Shown here piece by piece: positions 47,421 to 57,009 of a DNA stretch of 64,000 nucleotides. The notes beneath the pieces are model-generated. The model had not been told where the DNA came from and made no database searches. It was given only the letters and a program-made list of their open reading frames with translations. The position numbers and the translations under genes were made by a program. Source of the DNA: Alphaproteobacteria bacterium (GTDB lineage: Bacteria; Pseudomonadota; Alphaproteobacteria; UBA828); contig OZ243972.1 of the NCBI GenBank assembly GCA_965214705.1, positions 3,424,001 to 3,488,000 of the forward strand, read 5' to 3'. Within the stretch, counting starts at the first letter, position 1. Each line of letters opens with the position of its first letter.

Positions 47421-49811
47421 TCATGCGGCGCATGGTGAACGGCACGGCGTCCACGGCGCCGGACTGGCGCCCGGTCACCGTGGCCAACGATGCGCCGGCG
47501 CGCTTCACGGAGCCACCGGAGGCGGGCGCTTTGCCGCCGCCCCTGGCGCCGCAGCTCCTGGTCCGGGAGCCCGAGCGGAGCGGCGGCGGCGTCCGCATCG
47601 GCGCGCGCCTCTACGGCGCTCTCGACATGAGCCTCGGGCCGAGACGCTCGCGCCCCTTCGCCGAGCTGATGGCGGGGCTCGCCGCCGCCGGTCTTCCCTG
47701 CCGGTTCTCGCTGCTGATCGAGGGCGGCGGGCTGCACCGACTCGACGCCACCGTGGCGCGCGTGGCGTCCTCCTTCCTCGCCTTCTCGTCCTCCGACAGC
47801 CTGCTCGCGCGGAACGCGCTCCGAGACCTCGCGGCGCTCGGCGGCGACGCCCATGCCATCGTGCGCCTCCGCCTCGGGCTCCTCACCTGGGTCGGAGCGG
47901 AGGACGGCGAACAGGCGCTGGCGGCTCGCCTCGGCCGCCTGCAGCAGGTGGCCGAGGGCTGGGGCGAGGCGGTGTTCACCCCGCTCACGGGCGATCCACT
48001 GGAAAGCCTTGCCGCCTCGGTTCCCGGCTTCTGCTGCGGCGCCACCGCGCAACCCGCCCTCGTGCCGATCGCCGAGGCGCTGCGCCTCTTTCCGGTCGGT
48101 CGCCCGGCACCGCTCTCACGTCTCTCGGCCGAGGCAGGGGGTGCCCACCTCTTCCGCTCGCCGGACGGCAAGCCCCTGCCGCTGGCGGCCGGCGAAGGCG
48201 GTGACTACGGCTTCGAGCTGATCTATGGCCTGCCCGGCCAGGGCAAGTCGGTGCTGATGAACGCGCTGGGCCTCGCGTTCTGCCTGCAGGGAGGGCAGAC
48301 GCGCCTGCCGCTGGCCGCCGTGATTGACATCGGCCCGTCGTCTTCCGGGCTTGTCTCGCTGGTGCGCGAGGCGCTGCCGGCAGAGCGCCGGCACGAGGCC
48401 GGCTGGTTCCCGCTCCGCATGACCTCCGAACACGCCATCAATCCCTGCGATACCCAGCTCGGCTGCCGCAGCCCGCTCCCGGCCGAGCGCGCCTTCCTGA
48501 CCAACCTGCTCGGCCTGATGGTGACGCCCGCCGGGGACAGTGGCGTGCCCGACGGCATGCGCGAGCTGCTCGGGCCGACGCTCACCGGCGCCTACGCCAT
48601 GCGCTCGGACAGGATGGCGGGCGCCGAGCCTCACGACTACACGCAAGGCCGCGACGAGCGCGTGGACGCGGCGATCGCGGAAGCCGGCCTCCGGCTGCCC
48701 GAAGCTCCGCTCTGGTGGGACGTGGTCGACCTGCTGTTCGAAGCGGGCGAGATCGAGGCGGCGACCAGGGCTCAGCGCTACGCGGTGCCGACCCTCGTGG
48801 ACCTGCTCGCCTCGGTGCGCGAGCCCGCCGTGCAGGGGCTGGTGGGGGACGCGCGGTACGGCTCGGGCTGCGAGACCGTCACCCAGGCCTTCATCCGCAT
48901 CCTCACGGCTCTCTCCGGCGACTGGCCGGTAATGTTCTCTCCCACCGCCTTCGACGTCGGCGGCGCGCGCCTCGCCGCCATCGACCTCGCCGAGGTGGCG
49001 CCGCAGGGCTCGGCCGAGGCCGACCGCCAGTCGGCCGCCTTCTACCTGCTCGCGCGCCACGCGCTGACCCGCCACTGGTGGATCGGCGAGGACGCACTGG
49101 CGTCCATTCCCGAACCCTACCGGGAATGGCACGCATCCCGGCTCCGCGACATTCGCGAAGCACCCAAGCGGCTCTGCTACGACGAGTTCCACCGCACCGG
49201 CGGCGCGCCGGCCGTGCGCGCCCAGGTCGAGCGTGACGTGCGCGAGGCACGCAAGCTCAGGGTGCGGCTCGCACTGGCCTCCCAGCGCCTCGACGACTTC
49301 GGCGGCGCGCTCGCGGAGTTCGCCAACCGTTACTGGATCCTGGGAAGCGGCGGCAAGGCGAAGGAAGCCGAGGCGCCCGCCGCCACGTTCTCCCTGACGG
49401 ACACGCTCTCGGAGGCGATCCGCTACCGGCTCACCGGACCCGGCCGCGACGGCGCGCCGGCACTGCTGATCGCGAGCGGCCAGGGCGGTCGCTTCGAGCA
49501 GCTGGTCGTCAACACGCCGGGGCCGGTCGAGCTCTGGGCGCTCACCACCAGCCCGGCGGACGTGGCGCTCAGGCGGCGGCTCTACGCGCTGCTGCTGCCG
49601 GCGCAGGCCCGGGCGGCGCTCGCCAGGGCGTTCCCGGAGGGCACGGCGCGAAGCCGTATCGAGCGCGAGCTCGCGCGCATGGATTCGCCGGAGGCCGGAC
49701 GCGCGGCGTCCGAGGAGGCGGTGCTCGACCGCCTGGCGGACGAGGTCGCGCGGGCGGCCGGCAACGAGCAACCCCATTCAGCCGATAACGCAACCTGAGA
49801 GGAGGAAACAC

Positions 49812-50207
49812 ATGTTGCACGTCAACAGGGCGACGGTGCTGGGCTACGCGGGAGGCGACGCCAAGCGCCGAACCATGCAGAGCGGCGAGGTCACGGTCTC
49901 GTTCAGCGTCGCGACCACGCGGCGCTGGAAGGGCGACGACGGGACGCCGCAGGAGGCCACCGAGTGGCACCGGGTCGCGGTCTTCGGCGGCTCGGTCGAG
50001 CCGGCGTCGCAGATGGTCCGCAAGGGCGTCCTCGTGCTGGTCGAGGGCCGGCTCAGGACCCGCGAATTCCAGGACAGGGAGGGCAAGGAACGCACGGTCA
50101 CCGAGATCGTGGTCGCGGGGCCGCAGGGCATGGTCAATGTGCTTTCGCCGAAGCGCGGCGGGGACACCGGCGACGCCGAAGATGGGACGGGCGATGAGGC
50201 GGCGTAG
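49812..50207 (+). CDS. ssb: Single-stranded DNA-binding protein
   Basis: 'VNRATVLG...FSVATTRRWK...TEWHRVAVFG...KGVLVLVEGRLRTR'. GGAGG RBS upstream. Confidence 0.93.
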   Translation: MLHVNRATVLGYAGGDAKRRTMQSGEVTVSFSVATTRRWKGDDGTPQEATEWHRVAVFGGSVEPASQMVRKGVLVLVEGRLRTREFQDREGKERTVTEIVVAGPQGMVNVLSPKRGGDTGDAEDGTGDEAA

Positions 50208-50766
50208 CGCCTTGGCGTTCGCGGCGGTGCTGACGTTCGCGGTGTGGGCGGCGTCGGCGGTGGCGGAGGCGCAGCCTCCGGCTCCCGCCGCGCCCGGAGG
50301 TGGGCCGGGCGATGCGGTCACGCACGACCCCGCGCACGACCCCTCGTGCGATCCGGCGGTGGCGGAGGCGCTGGCCGCGAGCGCGGAGGCCGGCGTCGAG
50401 GCCGACCTCGCGATCATCCGCCATGAGGAGCAGGGTATCCGCAACCCGGACTCGATCCTCGACTTCTCCTGCATCACCGACCTGTTCGACTACCGCTCCT
50501 TCGACATCCACTTCGATCCGGCGGGCGCGCTGGAGTACATCCTGGATCTCGCCCGCCGTCGCATCTGCGCCGCCGCCCGCGACGCCTACCGGCGCTATGT
50601 CGGGCGCGCACTCGACCCCTCGGTCTACGTCTCGGAATACACCCGGCCTCTCGACCGCCTTCCCGGCCTCGATATCGACTGGCCGAGGCGCAACGTCTTC
50701 GACGACCTCGGCGCGGGCGACGCGGGCAGCGAGCTGTTCCGGGGCGTCGTCGGGGGCGGCCAATGA
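50194..50766 (+). CDS. Hypothetical exported protein of the transfer operon
   Basis: Signal peptide, three Cys, and overlaps with both neighbouring genes. Confidence 0.65.
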   Translation: MRRRSALAFAAVLTFAVWAASAVAEAQPPAPAAPGGGPGDAVTHDPAHDPSCDPAVAEALAASAEAGVEADLAIIRHEEQGIRNPDSILDFSCITDLFDYRSFDIHFDPAGALEYILDLARRRICAAARDAYRRYVGRALDPSVYVSEYTRPLDRLPGLDIDWPRRNVFDDLGAGDAGSELFRGVVGGGQ

Positions 50767-51911
50767 TCCCCCGGAAGGCAGGGACGTGGCGGACGGCCGC
50801 TGCCGCGGTGCTGGCCGGCCTCCTGCTCGCGCCGGAAGTGGCGCTCGCCCACAAGTGCGACCGCACCGACAACGACCGCCGCGAGGCGAGCCGCGTCATC
50901 GCGGACCTCACCGGTGAGATCGACGCCATGGAGCGGGCCATCATCGAGGCGCTGCGCCTGCAGACGGGCCAGCTCTCGGGCTACATCGCCCAGAGCGCCA
51001 AGGCCGTGACCGGCGCCCTCGACTCCCAGACGAAGCTGCACGCGCAGACCGCGCGCGAGGTAGCGGAAACCGGGACCATGATGGCGCACCGGCCCAGCCG
51101 GAGCGCCTGCGAGACGGTCACCGGGCTGAGGGGCCTCGCGGCCACCTCCGCGGCCGCAAAGGACGCGCACGGGCGTGCGGCCGCGACCGAAACGGGCCGC
51201 ATCACGGGGGACCGCGCCGTGGTGGACAGGCCGGGGGCCGCCGCCGGCGATGCTGCCCGCTTCGAGAGCGTCACGCGGGAATACTGCAACGCGGGCCGCG
51301 CCGGCGAGGATCCAGATCTGTGCCGGGGAGGTGACGCGCTGCACGGCGCGGACCTGCGCGCCGATACCCTGTTCGACCGGCGCACCTTTGCGAGCGAGGA
51401 CGAGCTGCGCGCGGCCGTCGAGCTCTCGCGCAACCTGGCCGCACCCGTGGTGCACGATCCCCCTCCGCTGGCCTCGGCCGACACCGACCGGGAGCGCCGT
51501 CGCGCACTGCTGGCTCGCGCGGCGGACGCCCGGACGGCGCTCGCCGCCGACTACCTGGCGCAGGTCCGTGCGCTCAGGGCGCCGGGCGCCGCGCTCGGCG
51601 GCTGGGCCGGGGAGATCGCGCGCGATGCCGGGCGCGATCCCGAGACTCCCGTCAGCCGTTACGAGCTGCTGGAGCTGCTGGCGAGCCGCCGTTTCGAGGA
51701 CCCGGACTGGTTCGTGCGCCTCCAGGCGATGTCGGCGGAGAACCTGCTCCGCGAACTGGTCACGCTGCAGGCGGTTTCGCTCATGCTCGACTGGCAGCGC
51801 TGGCGCACCGACGAGCGGCGCGGCGCGATCGACGCGGCATCGCTGGCGCTGGCCACGGAGGAGATGCGCCGCCTCCCCGGCCTCGCCAACCCGCCCGCCG
51901 GGGCCAACTGA
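50763..51911 (+). CDS. IcmX/TraW-like exported protein
   Basis: C-terminal 'SRYELLELLASRRFEDPDWFVRLQAMSAENLLREL', immediately upstream of dotA. Confidence 0.65.
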   Translation: MIPRKAGTWRTAAAAVLAGLLLAPEVALAHKCDRTDNDRREASRVIADLTGEIDAMERAIIEALRLQTGQLSGYIAQSAKAVTGALDSQTKLHAQTAREVAETGTMMAHRPSRSACETVTGLRGLAATSAAAKDAHGRAAATETGRITGDRAVVDRPGAAAGDAARFESVTREYCNAGRAGEDPDLCRGGDALHGADLRADTLFDRRTFASEDELRAAVELSRNLAAPVVHDPPPLASADTDRERRRALLARAADARTALAADYLAQVRALRAPGAALGGWAGEIARDAGRDPETPVSRYELLELLASRRFEDPDWFVRLQAMSAENLLRELVTLQAVSLMLDWQRWRTDERRGAIDAASLALATEEMRRLPGLANPPAGAN

Positions 51912-51915
51912 GGCG

Positions 51916-54192
51916 ATGCGCCCGCTCCGCTTCCTGTTCGCCCCCGAGCTCGGCCGCCCGCTTGCCGAAGCCCTGCAATCGGCAACCGTGCTGCGGTCGC
52001 TGATAGAAGCGGTGCGCCGGCCGGGGACGCCGCGCGCAGGGAGGGACGACGAAGCCCGGGGCGAGGCCGGGAGCGGGTATCGGGCGGAGGACGGCAGAGC
52101 CGCAGGCCGGAATTCCCGCGCGGCCGCCGATGCACCGAGCGCAGGCTACCGCTCCGGCCTCCTCTGGGCGGCACTGCTGCTCGCGGGCGTGGGTCTTGCC
52201 GTGGCTGCGATACCCCCGCCCGATCCGGCCTCGGCGCAGTCGATCGAGCGCGGCCTCTTCGCCGACACCGACAGCGCGACACGTGAGGTCCTGGCTTTCC
52301 TCGGCGGGCTGGGCGCGCACGGTCCCTCGGCCGTCGGCGACATGCTCTTCGCCTTCAACGCCGGCGTCCTTGTGCTCGCCGGGTTCCTGCTGGTCTGGCA
52401 CGCCGCCGCCGGCACCGTGGATACCGCGCGGGAGGGGCGCTTCGGGTTCGGCGCCTGGGCCATCGTGCGCATCGTCACCGCCGTCGCCCTGATGGCGCCG
52501 CTGCCGGGCGGGCTCAACGGGGCGCAGCACGCGGTGGTGGGACTGGCCCATCTCGGCGGGGACTTCGCCAACGCCGTCTGGCGGCCCTTCTCCGAGGAGG
52601 CGCTGGCCGAGAGCCGGCCCATCGTGCCGCGCCCCCGCGAGGCGCTCTGGCGGGCGGCGATCGCGCGCACGCTGATCGCCGAGACCTGCGCCAGGACGGC
52701 CAACGAGAGCGCGGCACAGGCGGGCGACGACCCCTATGTGGAGATCGACGAGGACGACGGCACGCTGACCTTCAGCTACGACGGCGACGGGCGCGGCATG
52801 CCGGACGGGATGTGCGGTTCGATCCGCTTCTCCGGCCTGGAGGCGGACGGCGCGCCCGGCCTCGCGGCCGAAGGCCACCGCCGGGCGCTCACCGGCGTGC
52901 TCCCGGCCGTCCGTGCCATCGCCGCCGGCCTCGCGGCCCACTACGTCCCCGGCACGCCCCTATACGGCCGCCCGCTGCCCGACATCGATGCCCTGCTCAC
53001 CGGGCAGGACTTGGCGGGAATCTATGCGCGGGTGCTCGACAGCGCGCTGACCCAGGCCGCCTCCGAGGAGCGCGAGACCCTCGCGCGTGTGGTGGCCGAG
53101 GACGCGCGGGAGGCGTCCTGGATGGCGGCGGCCTCCTTCTTCAACACCATCGCCCACCGCGTGGGCCTCTTCCAGGCCGCCGCCCACAACGTCCCCTCGG
53201 TGGCGCTGCCCACGCCGAGCCTCGACGAGTGGGTCCCTGCCGCGGACGCAGCCGTGAAGGGGGTCGCGGCGCAGCTCGCCCGTTCGCGGGACTATCACCC
53301 GATGCTGCTGTCGGCTGCCGACGCAGGCGCGGGCGCGCTGCCCGCGTCGGGGGACGGCGACGGCGGCATGGTCTCCGGCCTGCTGGAGTTCATCGACCTG
53401 GACTCGGTCATCGTCGCCGACAGCGGCAACCCCATCGCCGACCTGGCCGCTTTAGGGCATGGACTCCTCAATGCCGCGCTCGCTGCCGTCGCGGCGCTCA
53501 TGGGCGCCGCCACCGGCTCGGGGCTTCTGGAATCGATCCCCTTCATCGGCAAGGGGCTCGACGTCTTCGAATCCGCCTGGCAGGTCTCCGACGCCCTGGT
53601 GTCGACCCTGCTCGGCCTGCTCATCATCGCCGGCGCGGTGCTGGCCTACGTGCTGCCCGCGCTCCCCTTCATCCGCTTCCTGTTCGGCATCCTGGGCTGG
53701 ATCCTGAACGTGGCGATCGCGGTGCTGGCCGTGACCGTGTTCGCCGTCGCCCACGTCACCCGCGAGGACGGGGACCGGCTCACCGTCCAGGCCACCCGCC
53801 AGGGCTGGCTGTTCCTGCCCGCGCTGGTGCTGCGGCCCGCGCTGATGCTGCTGGGCCTCATCCTCGGCTACTTCGTCTTCCTCGCCGCCATCGGGCTCTT
53901 CAACCAGGTGTGGCTGCCGCAGATGCGCGACGCGGGCGCGAGCGGTGGGCTCGGCCCGGTGGGCTTCCTCGCCATGCTCGCGCTCTACGTCATCGTCGCC
54001 TACGGGCTGATGAACGCCTCCTTCAAGCTGATCGACCTGCTGCCCTCGGCCGTCCTCGACTGGATCGGCGGGCGCGCGGGCGCGGGCGAGGACGGGGGCG
54101 AGCGGGCCGGGGGGACGGCGGTGGCGGGGTTCTCGCGCCTGAGCGCCGTGCGGGTCGGCGCCCGCGCCAGGCGCGGCGGGGCCGGAGGCTGA
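51916..54192 (+). CDS. dotA: DotA/TraY family polytopic membrane protein
   Basis: 'FNAGVL...GTVDTAREG', 'NPIADLAALGH', 'LAYVLPALPFIRF', 'LRPALMLLGL', 'LIDLLPSAVLDWIGG'. Confidence 0.88.
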   Translation: MRPLRFLFAPELGRPLAEALQSATVLRSLIEAVRRPGTPRAGRDDEARGEAGSGYRAEDGRAAGRNSRAAADAPSAGYRSGLLWAALLLAGVGLAVAAIPPPDPASAQSIERGLFADTDSATREVLAFLGGLGAHGPSAVGDMLFAFNAGVLVLAGFLLVWHAAAGTVDTAREGRFGFGAWAIVRIVTAVALMAPLPGGLNGAQHAVVGLAHLGGDFANAVWRPFSEEALAESRPIVPRPREALWRAAIARTLIAETCARTANESAAQAGDDPYVEIDEDDGTLTFSYDGDGRGMPDGMCGSIRFSGLEADGAPGLAAEGHRRALTGVLPAVRAIAAGLAAHYVPGTPLYGRPLPDIDALLTGQDLAGIYARVLDSALTQAASEERETLARVVAEDAREASWMAAASFFNTIAHRVGLFQAAAHNVPSVALPTPSLDEWVPAADAAVKGVAAQLARSRDYHPMLLSAADAGAGALPASGDGDGGMVSGLLEFIDLDSVIVADSGNPIADLAALGHGLLNAALAAVAALMGAATGSGLLESIPFIGKGLDVFESAWQVSDALVSTLLGLLIIAGAVLAYVLPALPFIRFLFGILGWILNVAIAVLAVTVFAVAHVTREDGDRLTVQATRQGWLFLPALVLRPALMLLGLILGYFVFLAAIGLFNQVWLPQMRDAGASGGLGPVGFLAMLALYVIVAYGLMNASFKLIDLLPSAVLDWIGGRAGAGEDGGERAGGTAVAGFSRLSAVRVGARARRGGAGG

Positions 54193-54237
54193 CCGGGCCG
54201 CGGCGGGGTCAACGATCGAGGGAGGTCTTCACACGCC

Positions 54238-56226
54238 ATGAGAGTAATCCAACCGGGCCTCTGCGCCCTCCTGCTGGCGGCAGGCGCGGGCTGGGCCGCC
54301 TGGCTGACCGCCGGCGACCGGCCGGAGGAAGTCGCTGCCATCGTGCTCGGCGCGGCCGTGGCGGCATCGTTGCTGGCTTATTTCACGGGGGACCGGAAGG
54401 ACTCCTTCCTCTGGCTCCGCTTCGGCCTCTACGGCGGCGCCCTCGCGGTGGCCTGCGCCTCGCTCTGGACCGGCGCCGTGCGCCCCCTCCAGCACGCGCC
54501 CTCCCTCGGCGCTGTCACGGGCTGGCTCGAGGGGCTCGGCGGCATGCGGCTGGTCATGCTCGTGGCGCCGCTGGCGGCCGCTTGTGTGCTCGGCATGCTC
54601 TGGTTCGAGGTGGCCGCCGCCGGCGTCCGGCATCTGGGCAGAAGCGACCGCCGCCGCCGCGCCGACTCCGACCTGCACGGGCATGCCCGCCTGCTCGGCC
54701 GCCGCTTCCTGCGCCGCCTCGCCAGGCGGAGCGGCATCCTGCTCGGCCAGTGGGGCGGAGGCGGCAGGGCGCCGCTGATCGGCTGGTCGCTCGAAGGGTC
54801 CGCCATCACCGTCGCCCCGCCGCGCACCGGCAAGGGCGCCACCATCGCCCTCAACCTGCTTTCTCCGGACGGGCGCGGCTTCGCGGGCTCGACCGTCACC
54901 ATCGACCCGCGTGGCGAGCTCTGGTGCATCGCCGCCCGGCGGCGGCGCCAGATGGGACGCCGCGCGGTCCTGCTGGACCCCTTCGGAGTGGTGGAGGGCC
55001 ACAGGGCGGCGTTCCCCGAGTGCCATCTGCCGGACGCGGGCAGCGCCGCCTACAACCCTCTGGAGTTCATACGCGAGAAGGAGGACGAGGCGGTCCGCGA
55101 CATCAACGTGCTGCTCGACGCCCTGCTCACACCGCCCCGTCCCGGCGCCCACGACAACAGCCGGCACTTCTACGAGTCGGCCCGCGCCATCGTCGCCGGC
55201 TACCTTGCCTGGGTGCGCTTCAGGAAGCCGTCCGGGGAACGCACTCTCAAGCGCGTGCACGAGCTGCTCTCGCAGACGCCGGAGGAGCGCAAGGCCTTCG
55301 CGGCCGAGGTCGCCGGCGAAAAACCCTTCGCCGGCGGGCTCGCCCATATCGCCGTCGAGCGCCAGGCCCAGGTCGGCGCCGAAGAGGGCGGCTCCAACTT
55401 CACCACCATCGCCAACCAGCTCGCCTTCCTCACCTATCCCGCGCTGGCGGACAACACCGCCCGGTCGAGCTTCGACCCCCTGGTGCTCGCGGACGGCGAG
55501 ACCGACCTGTTCGTCGTCGTGCCGGAAGACGCCATCGAGCACGTCAAGGGCTGGCTCCGCCTCTGGGTCGCCATCCCCAACGCGGTCGCCGGCATCAGGC
55601 CGCTCAAGCGCGACATGCTGATCGTCATCGACGAGATGCCGCGCCTCGGCTTCCTCAAGCCGGTGATGGACGGCTACACCATGGCCGCCGGCAAGGGCGT
55701 GCACTTCTGGTGCTTCGCCCAGTCGATCTCGGCGCTGGACTCGAGCTGGGGCAAGGAGCACCGCAAGACGCTCCTGCACCTCGCCGAGGTGGTGCAGGTG
55801 ATGGGCTTTCCCCGCACCGACGCGGAAGGCGCGGAGGAGCTGTCGAAGGCGATCGGCACCGCCACCTTCGAGGGCCGTACCGAGAGCCGGTCGGGGACGA
55901 TCGCCGAGAACCGCATCGTCACCGCCAACACCCAGTGGCAGGCGGGCGAGTCCCGCAGTCTCGTGCGCGAGCGGCTGGTGACGCCCGACGAGCTGATGAC
56001 GCTGGGGCCGGACCGCCAGTACGTGATCGCCGCGCCTAAGGACATGCCGCGCGACGCGCTGCATCTCCACCACGCGCACTATTGGCGGCGCCCGGACACG
56101 GAATTCCACGCCGATCCCAACCCCTTCGTGATCCGCAAGGAGCGCGCAGCCGACGGCCCGTCCGGGCCGGGCACGCTCCGGCCGTTGCTGCGCGGACGGG
56201 CCCTGTTCGGAAGGAGGACCGCATGA
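54238..56226 (+). CDS. virD4: VirD4/TraG-family type IV coupling protein
   Basis: N-terminal TMs, 'LHGHAR', Walker A 'APPRTGKG', 'IDPRGEL', 'LDPFG', 'YNPL', Walker B 'IVIDEMPRLG', 'RLVTPDEL'. Confidence 0.9.
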   Translation: MRVIQPGLCALLLAAGAGWAAWLTAGDRPEEVAAIVLGAAVAASLLAYFTGDRKDSFLWLRFGLYGGALAVACASLWTGAVRPLQHAPSLGAVTGWLEGLGGMRLVMLVAPLAAACVLGMLWFEVAAAGVRHLGRSDRRRRADSDLHGHARLLGRRFLRRLARRSGILLGQWGGGGRAPLIGWSLEGSAITVAPPRTGKGATIALNLLSPDGRGFAGSTVTIDPRGELWCIAARRRRQMGRRAVLLDPFGVVEGHRAAFPECHLPDAGSAAYNPLEFIREKEDEAVRDINVLLDALLTPPRPGAHDNSRHFYESARAIVAGYLAWVRFRKPSGERTLKRVHELLSQTPEERKAFAAEVAGEKPFAGGLAHIAVERQAQVGAEEGGSNFTTIANQLAFLTYPALADNTARSSFDPLVLADGETDLFVVVPEDAIEHVKGWLRLWVAIPNAVAGIRPLKRDMLIVIDEMPRLGFLKPVMDGYTMAAGKGVHFWCFAQSISALDSSWGKEHRKTLLHLAEVVQVMGFPRTDAEGAEELSKAIGTATFEGRTESRSGTIAENRIVTANTQWQAGESRSLVRERLVTPDELMTLGPDRQYVIAAPKDMPRDALHLHHAHYWRRPDTEFHADPNPFVIRKERAADGPSGPGTLRPLLRGRALFGRRTA

Positions 56227-56876
56227 CGGAGAAGCAGGCGCCGCCCGGAAGCGAGAGGGAGGCGGAGGCCTCCGCGGGACCGCTGTTCGCCGCCGCAGAG
56301 GCCGACGGGACCGGGAGCGATGCCGCAATGGCGGCAAGCCCCCCGGCCGAAAGCGCGGGCGCCGAAGGCGGGCCGGCGCAGGGCGGTGCACCGCAGGACG
56401 GGGACGCGGAGGACGCGGCGGCGCGCGGGGAGGCGCCCGACGATCCTGGCCGGCTGAACCAGAACATGGAGCAGATGCTCGAATCGATGGACGGCCTTCT
56501 CGACGTTCTCCTGAAGACGCAGGCGCGGCTGGGCGCGGCCGGGAGCGAGGGCGAGACGGAAGCGGGTGGCGGGGAAGCCGCCCCGGCCGCGGACGGTGCG
56601 GCGGTGCATGCCGCCGACTTCTATCGCTGGATCGAGACCGACCGGCGGCGCAGGCGCCGGTGGTCCGGCCTCGCCCTGGCGGCCGCGGCGCCGGCCGCGC
56701 TGCTGCTCGGCCTTCTGATCCAGCAGCAGTTCCAGATCGTCCCCGTGCACGATCCGAGCGGGGGCTGGAGCGGCTGGATCTGGGAGACCCACGGGCGCGC
56801 CATCGTCGACTGCGCCGTGGAGGCGAGGCAGACGAACGGCGAGGTCGAGTGCCCGCTGGTCGTTCGACGGCCGTGA
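56223..56876 (+). CDS. Hypothetical single-TM protein
   Basis: ATGA overlap with virD4, acidic low-complexity N-terminus, one TM and a Cys pair. Confidence 0.6.
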   Translation: MTEKQAPPGSEREAEASAGPLFAAAEADGTGSDAAMAASPPAESAGAEGGPAQGGAPQDGDAEDAAARGEAPDDPGRLNQNMEQMLESMDGLLDVLLKTQARLGAAGSEGETEAGGGEAAPAADGAAVHAADFYRWIETDRRRRRRWSGLALAAAAPAALLLGLLIQQQFQIVPVHDPSGGWSGWIWETHGRAIVDCAVEARQTNGEVECPLVVRRP

Positions 56877-57009
56877 CGGCGCCGGAGCCGGCCGGAATAT
56901 CGCGCCCCCGCGCAGCTTTCCTGCGCGCGCCTGCCCCGGATGGAGAGCGCGGCGGGGCACGGCGCCCCGGAGGACACTCGTGCCGGAGATGGCCGGAAAG
57001 GAGCGCTAG

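Larger units (their letters stand above)
44590..49798 (+). pseudogene. icmB: IcmB/DotO/TraU ATPase gene interrupted by an IS1634-family element
   Basis: Removing 45261-47420 plus one TCAT copy gives ALRL|MRRMVNG in frame. Motifs 'DGSLVSLL', Walker A 'GLPGQGKS', 'IDIGPSSSG', 'INPCDTQLG', 'LCYDEFHRT', 'GPVELWALTT'. Confidence 0.9.

Noticed and set aside
45287-49798. 1503-aa ORF as a novel fusion protein
   Set aside because: It is the antisense frame of the IS1634 transposase running by chance into the 3' part of icmB. IRs and the target duplication explain it.
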